Source of the DNA: Candidatus Omnitrophota bacterium
Lineage (GTDB): Bacteria; Omnitrophota; Gorgyraeia; Zapsychrales; Zapsychraceae
Assembly (NCBI GenBank): GCA_021108075.1
Contig: JAIORP010000150.1
Span: 3,396-67,395, forward strand
Direction of reading: 5' to 3'
Length of the DNA: 64,000 nucleotides
Shown: in pieces, positions 9,302-20,073 of the stretch
Numbering within the stretch: position 1 is the first letter of the stretch
How the letters are laid out: every line of letters begins with the position of its first letter
Translations under genes and position numbers: made by a program
The notes under the pieces: generated by a model
Told to the model about the DNA's origin: nothing
Database searches by the model: none
Seen by the model: only the letters and a program-made list of their open reading frames with translations

Positions 9302-11725
9302 ATGAAAAAACAAAAACACCAACATATCCTATCCTGTTTCCTGGCTGTTTTCATGCTCCTTAGCATAATATCCAACCCCCGGTTATCGGCGGAAGACAAC
9401 GCGGAGGAATGGTACCCCTTCTATTTCGAGAACGAACTCGATGAAAACTCTCCTTTAAATATCGGCAAGCTCGTGCTCGACGCCCCGGCCGGGAAACATG
9501 GTTTTGTTAAAGCCGTCGGCGACCATTTTGAATTTGAAGACGGCACTCCGGCCCGGTTCTGGGGGACGAATCTGTCTATGTCCGCCTGCTTCCCTTCCAA
9601 GAAAGACGCTGTCAGCATTGCCGATCGACTGGCCTTTTTTGGGTTCAACGCCGTGCGCCTGCACCACATGGATTTCGCTTTTGAACCGATCGGAATCTTC
9701 AAAGATACCAGCCCGGCGTACAAAAATAAACAACTTAAAGACACTCAAACACTCAGCGAAAAACAACTCGACCGGCTCGACTATCTGATATACCAATTAA
9801 AAAAAAGAGGTATCTATGTCAATATCAATCTTCTTGTTTCCCGTCATTTTACAGAGGCAGACGGAGTGCCCGATGCCAAAACTCTAGGACGCGGGGCTAA
9901 AGCCGTTTCTTTATTCGATCCCAAATTAATCGAGTTACAAAAAAAATACGCCCTGGACCTGTTAACACACTATAACCCCTACACAAAACTGAAATACAAC
10001 AAAGATCCGGTGATCACTTTTGTTGAAATCACAAATGAAAACTCCCTGATGCATTACTGGATGCAAGACAGGTTAAATAGCGATACAGGCCCTTGGAAAA
10101 ACAAGTTATCAGACTATTACCTGGAAGCACTCGACCAGCTTTGGAACAGTTGGTTAGAAAAAAAACACGGATCGGTCAGAAACATCAAAGCCGTCTGGGA
10201 AAATCCCGTCCTTCCAACGTCGCCCCCCTCTTCCACTGAAAACATCCTCCATTCCGACTGGATCGCTGAGAAACATCGTGGAGCAGAAGCTAAAATATCA
10301 AGTTCCGACAATACCTTCTTTATCAACAACATCAAAACGACAAAGACAACCTGGCATTTGCAATTTAAAAACACAAATTTTCCTCTCGTCAAAGACCAAA
10401 TATACAAAATCTCTTTCTGGGCAAAATCTGAAAAAAACAGGCCCCTGACGCTGATCATCATGAAAAACGATGCGCCGTATGACAATTTAGGACTGACAAA
10501 AAAAATAACATTAGAACCGGACTGGAACGACTTCACTTTTTACTTCCGCGCGACCGAGACATACGCTAAGAGCAGAGCAACATTTATCCTAGATAACAAC
10601 ACAACGCCTCTTTTCATTAAAGATATCGTTCTTGCCCCAACCCAACCCCTCGGACTGCAACCAGAAGAACGGCAATCATCCCAGTTCACTTTTACCAGGC
10701 CAACATATTCAAATTTGCCGTTTTATACATCCCAAAGGGCAAAAGACATAAAAGAGTTTTATAAAGCAACACAAAAACAATGCTTAACAGATATGAGATC
10801 ATTCTTAAAAAATCATTGTCGGATCAAAATACCCATAACTGGAATTGGAGGGATCAGGGCGAACGAAGATATAACAACACTAACTGAGACTGATTATATC
10901 GATATCCATGGCTACTGGGACCATCCTTCCTTCCCTAACAAAAAATGGGACATTCAAAATTTTCGTGTGCATAATAAATCCATCTCAACATCACCGAAAC
11001 TAGGCCTTATCTCTGCATTCACCGAACACCAATCAGCCATTAAAAAATTACTGACCTCAAATGCCAAACCGATCACGATATCCGAATGGAACCACTGTTA
11101 TCCCAATCAATACGCGTACGAAACCCCAGTCCTACTGGCCCACTTCGCCCGGAAAAATAATTGGGCCGCCCTTTTTCAATTTGATTTCACTCACCGAAAA
11201 AACTCCCGGCTGGATGAAAAAAAAATCAAGTCTTTCTTCGACATATACGCCAACACCCAGCAATTGATCCTCAATTCAGTCGCCAGCCTGATCTATCATA
11301 AACACAGCGAAACCGCCGAACTTGAAATCGACACGTCTTTCTATAATTATGTCCGTCCCGGCATGAGAATCCTGTGCGGAAATATGAACGGCAAAAAAAT
11401 TCATTTTAAACATCTTGTTATTCAAACATCCGGTATAGGCATCCTGGGCGTCATTGATATCGATGAAAACAGAACGATCCTATTCGCTTTAAGTAAGATT
11501 AGAAACAAAGACAGTCGGTGGGTAGATAACTTATACTCCTGGGGAAATCCTCCGGCACAACTGGAAAAAATGTCAATCACAATTAAAGGGGAAACAGACG
11601 CCTTCTCTATTTATCCTATTGATCGAAAAGGGAAAAAAACCAAACCTGTCAGGCAATCGGGAACAATAACGATAGATACAAACGAGTATCAAACACCGGT
11701 TTATTTGCTTGAAAAATCAAAATAA
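9302..11725 (+). CDS. Secreted clan GH-A (GH5-like TIM-barrel) glycoside hydrolase with a large C-terminal extension
   Basis: Signal peptide. An AVRLHHMDF block. The acid/base motif VEITNENSL is typical of clan GH-A. Confidence 0.5.
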   Translation: MKKQKHQHILSCFLAVFMLLSIISNPRLSAEDNAEEWYPFYFENELDENSPLNIGKLVLDAPAGKHGFVKAVGDHFEFEDGTPARFWGTNLSMSACFPSKKDAVSIADRLAFFGFNAVRLHHMDFAFEPIGIFKDTSPAYKNKQLKDTQTLSEKQLDRLDYLIYQLKKRGIYVNINLLVSRHFTEADGVPDAKTLGRGAKAVSLFDPKLIELQKKYALDLLTHYNPYTKLKYNKDPVITFVEITNENSLMHYWMQDRLNSDTGPWKNKLSDYYLEALDQLWNSWLEKKHGSVRNIKAVWENPVLPTSPPSSTENILHSDWIAEKHRGAEAKISSSDNTFFINNIKTTKTTWHLQFKNTNFPLVKDQIYKISFWAKSEKNRPLTLIIMKNDAPYDNLGLTKKITLEPDWNDFTFYFRATETYAKSRATFILDNNTTPLFIKDIVLAPTQPLGLQPEERQSSQFTFTRPTYSNLPFYTSQRAKDIKEFYKATQKQCLTDMRSFLKNHCRIKIPITGIGGIRANEDITTLTETDYIDIHGYWDHPSFPNKKWDIQNFRVHNKSISTSPKLGLISAFTEHQSAIKKLLTSNAKPITISEWNHCYPNQYAYETPVLLAHFARKNNWAALFQFDFTHRKNSRLDEKKIKSFFDIYANTQQLILNSVASLIYHKHSETAELEIDTSFYNYVRPGMRILCGNMNGKKIHFKHLVIQTSGIGILGVIDIDENRTILFALSKIRNKDSRWVDNLYSWGNPPAQLEKMSITIKGETDAFSIYPIDRKGKKTKPVRQSGTITIDTNEYQTPVYLLEKSK

Positions 11726-12544
11726 TCATGTTCTTATATCCCTACGAACCGGAAAATTCTTAATTCGAAAATTTTGTAACAGGAAATACCAAAGAAACAA
11801 AAGATTAAGAACCGTATAGCGATACCACAATCTTTTGAAATCCTTACTGAATAACCGGTAAAGCCATTCCAGACCCATTTTACTGATCCATTTCGGAGCC
11901 CGCTTGACACGACCGCCAAAAAAATCAAAAATAGCCCCCGAAGGAACAAAAACCGCGCCCCTGATCTTCTCTATATGCGCGTCAATCCAATAATCCTGTT
12001 TAGGGGTCCCCAGGCCAACACAGATAATATCAGGTTTTAAACGATTGATTTCTTCACAAATTCGCTGATCCTCATTTTCAGTTAAAGCCTTAAAAGGCGG
12101 GGACTTATGTCCCAATATTTTTATATACGGGTAATCACGCTCCAGGTTTTCTTTCATTCTTCTTACAACATCCGGATGTCCGCCGTATAAATAAAAAGTA
12201 TAATTTTTCTCTTCAGCCTTCTCTGCCAATTTAATTAAGACACTTGACGCGTCAAACTGATCAACCTTCCGCCGCATAAACAGGCGCATCCAATAAACGA
12301 ACGGCCTCCCATCCGGACTGATTAAATCGGCTTTACTATAAATTCCTTTTAACCGGTCATTTGTCAAGGCCGACATAATACAGTAAGTATTGATAACGGC
12401 TATATGGTGTGACCTGCGGGCCTTATCTTCAATCCACCCGTCTACCAGCGCGTAAAGGTCATCATATGTAACCGCTTCAATACCGATGCCGAGAAAATTG
12501 TGTTGTTCAAACCTTTCTCTATTCTTATTTTTTATTAACTTCAA
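11726..12544 (-). CDS. WecB/TagA/CpsF-family glycosyltransferase (GT26)
   Basis: 272 aa with the GT26 hallmark blocks YLYGGHPDVV, KPDIICVGLGTPKQDYW and RAPKWISKMGLEWLYRL. Confidence 0.7.
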   Translation of the reverse strand: MKLIKNKNRERFEQHNFLGIGIEAVTYDDLYALVDGWIEDKARRSHHIAVINTYCIMSALTNDRLKGIYSKADLISPDGRPFVYWMRLFMRRKVDQFDASSVLIKLAEKAEEKNYTFYLYGGHPDVVRRMKENLERDYPYIKILGHKSPPFKALTENEDQRICEEINRLKPDIICVGLGTPKQDYWIDAHIEKIRGAVFVPSGAIFDFFGGRVKRAPKWISKMGLEWLYRLFSKDFKRLWYRYTVLNLLFLWYFLLQNFRIKNFPVRRDIRT

Positions 12545-13520
12545 TTCTTTTATTTATCCAATCGTATAATTTTTTAATACCATCTTCCAGCTTAACCCGC
12601 GGTTCCCACCCTAAAACCCGCTTTGCTTTTGAAAAATCCGCGCGGCGCCCTTTATCTCCTTCCGGTTTGGTTGTATCAAATTGAATAGGGATATCCTTAC
12701 CGGATAACCGGACGATTGTTTCAGCCAATTGCTTGATCGAAACACAAACCCCGGGGCCGATCTGAATAATACCCTGCCCATACCCTTTTTCAAATGCCAG
12801 GAATAACGCGTTAACAATATCATCAACATGGACAAAAGCTCTTCCCTGACTGCCTGTACCCCAGACGATAAGCGGTTCTCCTGATGAGGTGATAACCTTA
12901 CGGATTAAAGACGGGATGACCTGGCTCCGCGCTTCATCATAATCACACGGAGAACCGTAAACATTATGGAAAACCAAAACTGAAACCGGTATGCCTCGTT
13001 CTTTTTCCATCAACAAAGATTCATATTCCCCCATCAACTTACTCCAGCCATAACCTGATTCGGGGTTGGCAGGGTATTGATCTTCTTCTTTTAACGGCCG
13101 GGCATCAACACCTGTCTGGAGTTGATACGGAAAACTGCATGCCGTACCGACATATAAAAAACCTTTAACAGGATGTTTTCTGACTGAGGAAATAATATTT
13201 GAATTAATCAGCATATTTTGACGGAATATACTGCCCTGGTTATTAAAAACATACCCTATCCCCGCGACAATATCAGCTAAATGCACGATATAATCGACTT
13301 CCTGAACAATACCGTCACAAGAGTCTATGACAGACATATCGATTTCATGAAAGTCTTTCTCCATATCAATAACAGGGGCGCCGGAATCGTCTAACAGATA
13401 TTCTTTCTTACCCCGCCATAAATTATCAACAACCTTGACATGATGCCCTGTTTTAACCAAACGCTTAACAAAATTTGAGCCGATCATTCCCGCGCCACCG
13501 GTAACTAATACTTTTTTCAT
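12525..13520 (-). CDS. NAD-dependent sugar epimerase/dehydratase (extended SDR)
   Basis: N-terminal Rossmann motif VLVTGGAGMIGSN and the catalytic YxxxK motif YGWSK. Confidence 0.75.
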   Translation of the reverse strand: MKKVLVTGGAGMIGSNFVKRLVKTGHHVKVVDNLWRGKKEYLLDDSGAPVIDMEKDFHEIDMSVIDSCDGIVQEVDYIVHLADIVAGIGYVFNNQGSIFRQNMLINSNIISSVRKHPVKGFLYVGTACSFPYQLQTGVDARPLKEEDQYPANPESGYGWSKLMGEYESLLMEKERGIPVSVLVFHNVYGSPCDYDEARSQVIPSLIRKVITSSGEPLIVWGTGSQGRAFVHVDDIVNALFLAFEKGYGQGIIQIGPGVCVSIKQLAETIVRLSGKDIPIQFDTTKPEGDKGRRADFSKAKRVLGWEPRVKLEDGIKKLYDWINKRIEVNKK

Positions 13521-13525
13521 TACTT

Positions 13526-14599
13526 CTATTCCTCCTGACTGATACTTTGATATATTCCAACTAATTTACTGACGATCAGATCACTGTCAAACTTATCAGC
13601 GACTATTTGCAAACTTTTTGCGCCCATACGTTCTCTTAAAGCGCGATCTTCACATAACTGCTTTAAAGCCTGATACATACCATCAATGTCACCGGGTTTA
13701 AATAAAAAACCGTTTTCGCCATGCATCACCATTTCAGGGATGCCGGCAACATCGGTCGATATGATCGGATATCCATGCGCCATGGCTTCCAAAATCGACA
13801 TAGGCATTTGTTCGTTATAGGACGGTAAAATCAAAATATTTGATTTTATTAATAATTCTTCCTTCTGCTCTTTTGCACACCAACCGGTAATCGTAACAAG
13901 TTCGTCTAAACCTTCCTCTGCTACGAATTTCTTAAAAATATCTACATCACCGTCACCAGCTAAAATAAAATAAATATTCTTCTCAAGAAAAAATTCTTTA
14001 TGAACTTTTATGCACTCGAACAAATCATATGTGCCTTTACGTTTTCCTAACCTGCCAAGAAATAAAACATGAATGGGATAATGATTTCGTATATTTTTTT
14101 CACAGGCCTTAATGGGATTATACAGAGTTATCACATTTTCACATTGGGCAAAAGACTTAATAATATGTTTCCATCGATCCGACAGAACTAGTATTATGTC
14201 CGCCCGGAGGAACATGAACTTCGTTAGAGCTTGATGAACCTTTGTTTTATGCATAAACTCTTCGAAATCTGACCCATGCAAATGAACAATTGTTTTTCGC
14301 CTGAACAGTTTAGAAATGATGAACAAAATAAATTTTCGGACAAAACTTCCATCCTGCGAGACATGCAGATGAATAATCGGTGATTCTATTTTTAACAAAA
14401 CGAATAAAAAACAAAAAAACGTTCTTACGAAAACACCGGCCTTCAAAAGCTTCGTTCCATCCCGATGACTGGGGATAAAAGTCAAGGACACTTTCCGGTC
14501 CAGGTCGGACCTTAAATACTCATTAACAACAGATGAAATCCCGCCCTGAACATCCAGATCAGGGCTGATCATGATAATTTTTGGAGTGTTTATTGTCAT
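13526..14599 (-). CDS. Glycosyltransferase family 4
   Basis: C-terminal GT4 motif EQMPMSILEAMAHGYPIISTDVAGIPE. Confidence 0.7.
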   Translation of the reverse strand: MTINTPKIIMISPDLDVQGGISSVVNEYLRSDLDRKVSLTFIPSHRDGTKLLKAGVFVRTFFCFLFVLLKIESPIIHLHVSQDGSFVRKFILFIISKLFRRKTIVHLHGSDFEEFMHKTKVHQALTKFMFLRADIILVLSDRWKHIIKSFAQCENVITLYNPIKACEKNIRNHYPIHVLFLGRLGKRKGTYDLFECIKVHKEFFLEKNIYFILAGDGDVDIFKKFVAEEGLDELVTITGWCAKEQKEELLIKSNILILPSYNEQMPMSILEAMAHGYPIISTDVAGIPEMVMHGENGFLFKPGDIDGMYQALKQLCEDRALRERMGAKSLQIVADKFDSDLIVSKLVGIYQSISQEE

Positions 14600-14614
14600 G
14601 CATTAAAAAATTAT

Positions 14615-15523
14615 TTACTTATCAGGCTTTTGATAAACTAATGTTAATATCGTGCACGCTAAGTCTTCTTTAGAGTATCTTGCGTACTGCTCGTCAATAT
14701 CTAAATTATCAATTGTGCATGTTTCTGTTATCTTTTCCTTTAAAATAAAGCCTTGCTGGTTAAAAATACTTAGCCAATCAGATACTTGCAGTCGATTAAA
14801 ATACTGAACTACATTCTCATACTTCTTAAGCCATGTTTCATCAGAATATCTTATATAATTCTTGGGTGAAACTCGTGTATCATAATGCGCCAAGTGATCA
14901 TCTATTCCAATTTGATGTATAAGAAAACCTCCCGGCTTTAAAAGCCGATACATATTGCTTACTAAATGCTCCACGTTTTCCGAGGATACGTGCTCAAGCA
15001 CATGAAAACTAAAGATACATTTAAGTGATTCATCATCAAAGGCACCTAAATTCCCACTTGTATCAATAACATATTCCAAATTTAACTTCACATATAATTC
15101 TTCGAAATTCTCACATAAGGAAATTTGATGAAAAATTTCGTTTGATGCAGGGTAAGACTTTTTTTGTCCAGTCAACGCTTTCTCAAGCCTTTTAAAATTA
15201 ACCTGTAGCGCTTTAAATTGACGGTTATCCCAAACATCCATCATAGAAATTCTCATAGAAGCGTCATAATATATACGTAAAAAAATTGAAAACCAGTGCA
15301 TCCATCCCGTGCCTAACTCTAAAACCTTATCGTCTGGAAGGATGACATCATACTTTTGGCACAAGTTTAAAAGCAAGAACCCTCTTTCCCGATAAATTTC
15401 AATATCTGTTTTCTTTCTCTTTTCCTGGCCAAACAGATTACCTATTTGTCGATAAAACATCCTTGTCGTAGAATTCAATGAAAAAAACTTCAAAACTTTA
15501 GCTACAAAATAATACTTCAGCAT
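14615..15523 (-). CDS. Class I SAM-dependent methyltransferase
   Basis: Motif I-like LELGTGWMH and a post-II block LLKPGGFLI. Confidence 0.55.
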   Translation of the reverse strand: MLKYYFVAKVLKFFSLNSTTRMFYRQIGNLFGQEKRKKTDIEIYRERGFLLLNLCQKYDVILPDDKVLELGTGWMHWFSIFLRIYYDASMRISMMDVWDNRQFKALQVNFKRLEKALTGQKKSYPASNEIFHQISLCENFEELYVKLNLEYVIDTSGNLGAFDDESLKCIFSFHVLEHVSSENVEHLVSNMYRLLKPGGFLIHQIGIDDHLAHYDTRVSPKNYIRYSDETWLKKYENVVQYFNRLQVSDWLSIFNQQGFILKEKITETCTIDNLDIDEQYARYSKEDLACTILTLVYQKPDK

Positions 15524-15628
15524 TAACCTTTTCCTTTTTGAAAATTCCTTAAAATTTACTTTTCACCAGCATTAAAATTCAACTAAAAGGGTTTATCACC
15601 ATAACAATGATCAAGAACATTATAAGTT

Positions 15629-16051
15629 TCATCTTTGAATTATCCTCGCGGGAACTCCAACAGCAGTTGAGTTGATCGGTACATCTGTAATAACAACGGC
15701 ATTAGCGCCAATATTGACATTATCACCAAGCGTGATATTTCCTAAAACTTTTGCACCTGCACCTATAATCACATTATTGCCAATTATAGGCGCCCCTGGG
15801 CCAACCCTACCACCGATTGTCACATGTTGATTTATTTGAACGTTATTCCCAATAACACTCTCTTTATGGATGACGATGCCCATACCCATATGAGCAAGAT
15901 GAACATTCTGCCCAATTTTTGTCTCATAAGGGATAAAACAACAAAATGCGAAGCGTAATAATTGTTGAATGATAAAAGGAATCAAAGGAATGTGCCAACT
16001 ATAAAATTTATTCGATAAACGCCAAATATAATATGGCAAATTTGCAGTCAT
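15629..16051 (-). CDS. Hexapeptide-repeat (left-handed beta-helix) acetyltransferase
   Basis: Repeated [LIV]GxxxxI hexads (IGNNVQINQHVTIGGRVGPGAPIIGNNVIIGAGAKVLGNITLGDNVNIGANAVV). Confidence 0.7.
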   Translation of the reverse strand: MTANLPYYIWRLSNKFYSWHIPLIPFIIQQLLRFAFCCFIPYETKIGQNVHLAHMGMGIVIHKESVIGNNVQINQHVTIGGRVGPGAPIIGNNVIIGAGAKVLGNITLGDNVNIGANAVVITDVPINSTAVGVPARIIQR

Positions 16052-16065
16052 ATAAAAATCCTTTC

Positions 16066-17160
16066 TTACCTTAGCCCTTTATAAACTTTAATTGTTGAAT
16101 CTGCTATCTTGTTCCAATCCAACTTAGTCTGAGCAACACAATACGCATTGTCTCCATATTTTTTACAGGTTTCTTCGTTTAATAGTAATTTAGAAATCGC
16201 TTCAGCTAATAATTTCTCATCCTTCACAGGGACGATGTATCCTGTTTTCCCGTCTTCCAAAATTTCACTTATACTTCCGGCATCTGTTGCGACCACTGGT
16301 TTGCCAAAACCAAAGGCAAGGGGCAAAATCCCACTCTGAGTAGCACTAACATATGGCAGGACAACAATATCAGAATTCTCGAACAAAGTGGCGACCTGAG
16401 AACTTAAAATATAATCATCTATTATCTCGAATTTATTTTTATCCTTTATCAAATTCATATAATAATCTAAAGTCCCAGAAAAATTACCTGCGATACAAAT
16501 TTTATATCTAGAAAACTTTTTAGAGATATAGGGTTCGGCCTTTATCAAATACTCCAATCCCTTATTTGGTCTAATACTCCCAAAGAATAAAATTCGCTTA
16601 TAATTCACAGTCCCAATCAGTTCTTGCCCGTCTGGGCGAATCATCCTTTTATAAAAAGAAAATTCTCCGTGCGGAATGACATGTACATCCTTTTCATTTA
16701 AAGAATAGCGTGAAACTAAGTCTGTTTTCATCTTTTCACCATGTACAATAAAACTTGAAGAATGTTTAATATTCCATTTCTGACTTAAATCCCTATATGT
16801 TCTATTACTTATCCCGTAATGCTGATATGGATCATGCACAGTGAAGACCAACGGAATATCTCGAAATAACCAACGGTACATTGCGAACCAAATATTTCCA
16901 ATCTGTATATGAATGACATCATAAGAACTAAATTCTCGCATTATAGCGTAATAGCTCCAAATATTACGAACATCCCTAATCCGATAATGAGTTATTGCTC
17001 GCTTCTCAATAGAGGGATTCAACACTTTTAAAATAGTTGGATCGCCTCTTTCTACAAATATACCGTCATAAAAAAAAGATACCTGACACTTCCTAGAAAG
17101 CGCATTAGCTAAACATAGAGAATATTCAATTGGACCTGAAAATAGTGCGACTTTTATCAT
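16066..17160 (-). CDS. Glycosyltransferase family 4
   Basis: GT-B fold with the C-terminal block SATQSGILPLAFGFGKPVVATDAGSISEILEDGKTG. Confidence 0.65.
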   Translation of the reverse strand: MIKVALFSGPIEYSLCLANALSRKCQVSFFYDGIFVERGDPTILKVLNPSIEKRAITHYRIRDVRNIWSYYAIMREFSSYDVIHIQIGNIWFAMYRWLFRDIPLVFTVHDPYQHYGISNRTYRDLSQKWNIKHSSSFIVHGEKMKTDLVSRYSLNEKDVHVIPHGEFSFYKRMIRPDGQELIGTVNYKRILFFGSIRPNKGLEYLIKAEPYISKKFSRYKICIAGNFSGTLDYYMNLIKDKNKFEIIDDYILSSQVATLFENSDIVVLPYVSATQSGILPLAFGFGKPVVATDAGSISEILEDGKTGYIVPVKDEKLLAEAISKLLLNEETCKKYGDNAYCVAQTKLDWNKIADSTIKVYKGLR

Positions 17161-17732
17161 GATAAAAAAGGAAAATGTTTAATTATGTATGTTAGCTTTG
17201 ATTTTCTTTCCCCAATTTTTTTAGCAGGAATTCCACCTACTATTGTCATTGGAGCAACATTTCGCGTTACAACAGCATTTGAGGCTACAACAGCCCCTTT
17301 CCCAATTTTTACTCCAGGCAAAATAGTAACTCTTGAACTTATCCAAACATAATCTTCGATGATGACATCTCCACTTTTTGTATCATGAAAATCTGAATTA
17401 AGGTCGTGCTCTAAAGTAAAAATATTAGTTTCTCTCGCGATATCAACATTATCACCAATACAAATGCGTCCTATTCTACCATCTAATAAACAATAGGAAT
17501 TTATTACCGAGTTGTTTCCAATAACAATTTGATTCTTTTTTAAGGATCGATTCAATATTTCAACATTTGTCAATATGTTAGAGTCGTTTCCTATATTTAC
17601 ATATAATCGTATCAATGGCATTCTAATACAAGCAAAAGGGATACGATTAATCAGTTTATTAAATATATACATGCGTAATGCTTGAATGAACATATATAGT
17701 TGTTTTAATATATAAATTTTTTTTAATTCCAT
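17157..17732 (-). CDS. Hexapeptide-repeat O-acyltransferase (maltose/galactoside acetyltransferase-like)
   Basis: LbH repeats ISSRVTILPGVKIGKGAVVASNAVV. Confidence 0.65.
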   Translation of the reverse strand: MELKKIYILKQLYMFIQALRMYIFNKLINRIPFACIRMPLIRLYVNIGNDSNILTNVEILNRSLKKNQIVIGNNSVINSYCLLDGRIGRICIGDNVDIARETNIFTLEHDLNSDFHDTKSGDVIIEDYVWISSRVTILPGVKIGKGAVVASNAVVTRNVAPMTIVGGIPAKKIGERKSKLTYIIKHFPFLS

Positions 17733-17745
17733 GATAAGCTTTAAA

Positions 17746-18645
17746 TTACTGTTTTATGATTTTATGTTTGAAATATCCGCCTACGTAGTAAAACATTCTT
17801 TTCATAATATTCATATAAGCCCACAATGAATTGCAGTGACGTTTATAAAACTTAAATTCGATTATTACATTCTGGGGAGATTTTATGTCAAAAAGAGTTT
17901 TTATTAACTGGACAAAACTCCCGTTATGCAATTTTCCCGTATTTGATTCATCATTCCATATTTTTAACATTGGAAAAGCTAACAATTTAAATCCACTCTC
18001 TCCTGCCCGTAAGGTGAAATCACTATCTCCATGATATTGAGGAAAGTTTTTATTATCAAAAAAACCAATTTTCCTAAAGACAGAACTAGGAATTAATGTC
18101 CCCATTCCACCAGACCAATCTGCATCCACAATATTATGATATTTCTCTGAATCTACCTGATTAAATCCTGTTAATTTCTTCATTCCTTTTCTTTTGTCAA
18201 ACAAACAGCCCATATTGAAGATTACATTAGGTCGATCTAAATAATAAATTTTTGATAATACAATAATATTATTTTTTAAAGATTTTATTATTATATACAA
18301 TTCCTTAAAATAATTAACTGCTGGTTTAGTGTCATGATTCCATAGCAAAATATAATCACAAGAATAATTATTCAGTGCATATTTGACACCTACATTTACT
18401 GCTCCCGACCACCAAAGATTCCCATCCCCTTTTAAAACAACTATATTCGGATAATTATCTTTGAACCAGTCAGCAGTTCCATCAGTCGAGCCATCATCAA
18501 CAAAAATAATCTTAATATCATCTTTGTGCCCAGAAAAATTAATGGATGCGATAAGATATTTCATATATTTCTTAATACAACTTAAACCATTATGCACAGG
18601 GCAAATTATTGATATCACGATGACCTCATAGTTGATTCTTAGCAT
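17746..18645 (-). CDS. Glycosyltransferase family 2
   Basis: GT-A motifs IIFVDDGSTDGT and DxD region. Confidence 0.7.
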   Translation of the reverse strand: MLRINYEVIVISIICPVHNGLSCIKKYMKYLIASINFSGHKDDIKIIFVDDGSTDGTADWFKDNYPNIVVLKGDGNLWWSGAVNVGVKYALNNYSCDYILLWNHDTKPAVNYFKELYIIIKSLKNNIIVLSKIYYLDRPNVIFNMGCLFDKRKGMKKLTGFNQVDSEKYHNIVDADWSGGMGTLIPSSVFRKIGFFDNKNFPQYHGDSDFTLRAGESGFKLLAFPMLKIWNDESNTGKLHNGSFVQLIKTLFDIKSPQNVIIEFKFYKRHCNSLWAYMNIMKRMFYYVGGYFKHKIIKQ

Positions 18646-18755
18646 TGTCCATAATAAACAAGGCCGTTTTATAAACTTTAATTATTTAGGAATATATGTT
18701 TTTCTTGATTATAAAAAAGCGAACTGCTGATATCTTTTTTGTTCATTATCTTTCT

Positions 18756-19967
18756 TTATTTTGTTATTTCATAGTTTCCTGGATGCAAAAGAAAACCAAT
18801 AATTGATATTGGAAATACTATTTGAATAATGCCACCACTAAAATTATATGAATGTCCCCAAAATGCAGGAACAACACACCAAAATATTGCAATGTTGATA
18901 ATTAATCTTGGCCTAGCGCAAGAATATTTCCAATAATTACGTATTATTACTGCATAAAATATTATAAATAGAATCAAACTTACTATCCCCGAATGAAGAG
19001 CCAATGATAAAAATGCAGAGTGTGGATCTTGTATTGTGCGTTCAAAAAGACCTGTTGAGATGTCTGATTTTAAAAAGTTTTCATTGCCATAACCAATCCA
19101 AGGTTTTTTTAGTATTCCCGTTATTGCTAATTTCCAAATTTCTAATCTATATAAGAAATCATTCATGAGTTTTTCTGTTAAGTCATTATTAAATTTGTAA
19201 TTAATAAAATAAAATAATACTAATGAATTAATCAATAGGAAAAGGTGTATCAGAATATTTTTAATATGCCAATTTATATTTTTGTAGCTTGGAAATATTA
19301 TCAAAAACGCACATAGAATTGTTGGAATTAAGACACTTCTACAATCAGTAAAAATTACAAATAACAACATTAATGCGGATAACAAGAAATACGTATATTT
19401 TTCTTTTTTTGTCCTGCTTATAGTTGCTCCAATTAAAGATAAAAGCATATTCATGCCACAAAGCATTGCAGTGTTTGCTGCTGGAAAAGCGCCACCTAAG
19501 CGCGATGAAAAATCATTATGATTGAGATGTATTAAAGGCGTACTCCCTCCTCTATATAAATGTAATAGTACGCATGCAAATGTTATAGTAGTGATTGTCA
19601 TAGTAAATATCGAAAAGGCTTTTTTTAATTCTAAACTATGCAACAGCGATACTGAAAACAAAACTATTCCAAAACTAAAAAATATTGCAATAAAATTTTT
19701 CAAAGATAAAAAAATATTAGGTCGTAAAAAAGAGATTATAAACAAATTAAATAGAATTAAAAAAATGATTAATTTATTTGGCATGTTAATTTTTAAATGC
19801 TTTAACAAAATTAAAAAAACAATTAATTCTAAAGCTGTTATGCCCAAATAAAAAATTCCATTACTTCCAGGATATGCAACAATAACCATTCCTTTACCCC
19901 AATTCCCAAAATTAAAAGCAATAAGCCATATAGTAACAAAGAATATAATTGATATTTTTTTTTGCAT
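18756..19967 (-). CDS. Wzy-type O-antigen/EPS polymerase or ligase-like polytopic membrane protein
   Basis: 403 aa, about 10 TM helices with a large loop. It sits between a GT2 and Wzx in a polysaccharide cluster. Confidence 0.5.
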   Translation of the reverse strand: MQKKISIIFFVTIWLIAFNFGNWGKGMVIVAYPGSNGIFYLGITALELIVFLILLKHLKINMPNKLIIFLILFNLFIISFLRPNIFLSLKNFIAIFFSFGIVLFSVSLLHSLELKKAFSIFTMTITTITFACVLLHLYRGGSTPLIHLNHNDFSSRLGGAFPAANTAMLCGMNMLLSLIGATISRTKKEKYTYFLLSALMLLFVIFTDCRSVLIPTILCAFLIIFPSYKNINWHIKNILIHLFLLINSLVLFYFINYKFNNDLTEKLMNDFLYRLEIWKLAITGILKKPWIGYGNENFLKSDISTGLFERTIQDPHSAFLSLALHSGIVSLILFIIFYAVIIRNYWKYSCARPRLIINIAIFWCVVPAFWGHSYNFSGGIIQIVFPISIIGFLLHPGNYEITK

Positions 19968-20073
19968 TTATTAAAGTCTTTTTAAAATAATTTAAATTTT
20001 ATAAAACATTTTCCTCGCATACCACTTTGTTTCATACAAAGCCTTATTTATTTAAATTAAAATCATAAATAAA

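Noticed and set aside
19522-19851. 109-aa plus-strand ORF inside the Wzy gene
   Set aside because: Antisense shadow ORF within a polytopic membrane-protein gene. It is Lys/Ile/Asn-rich with no motif.
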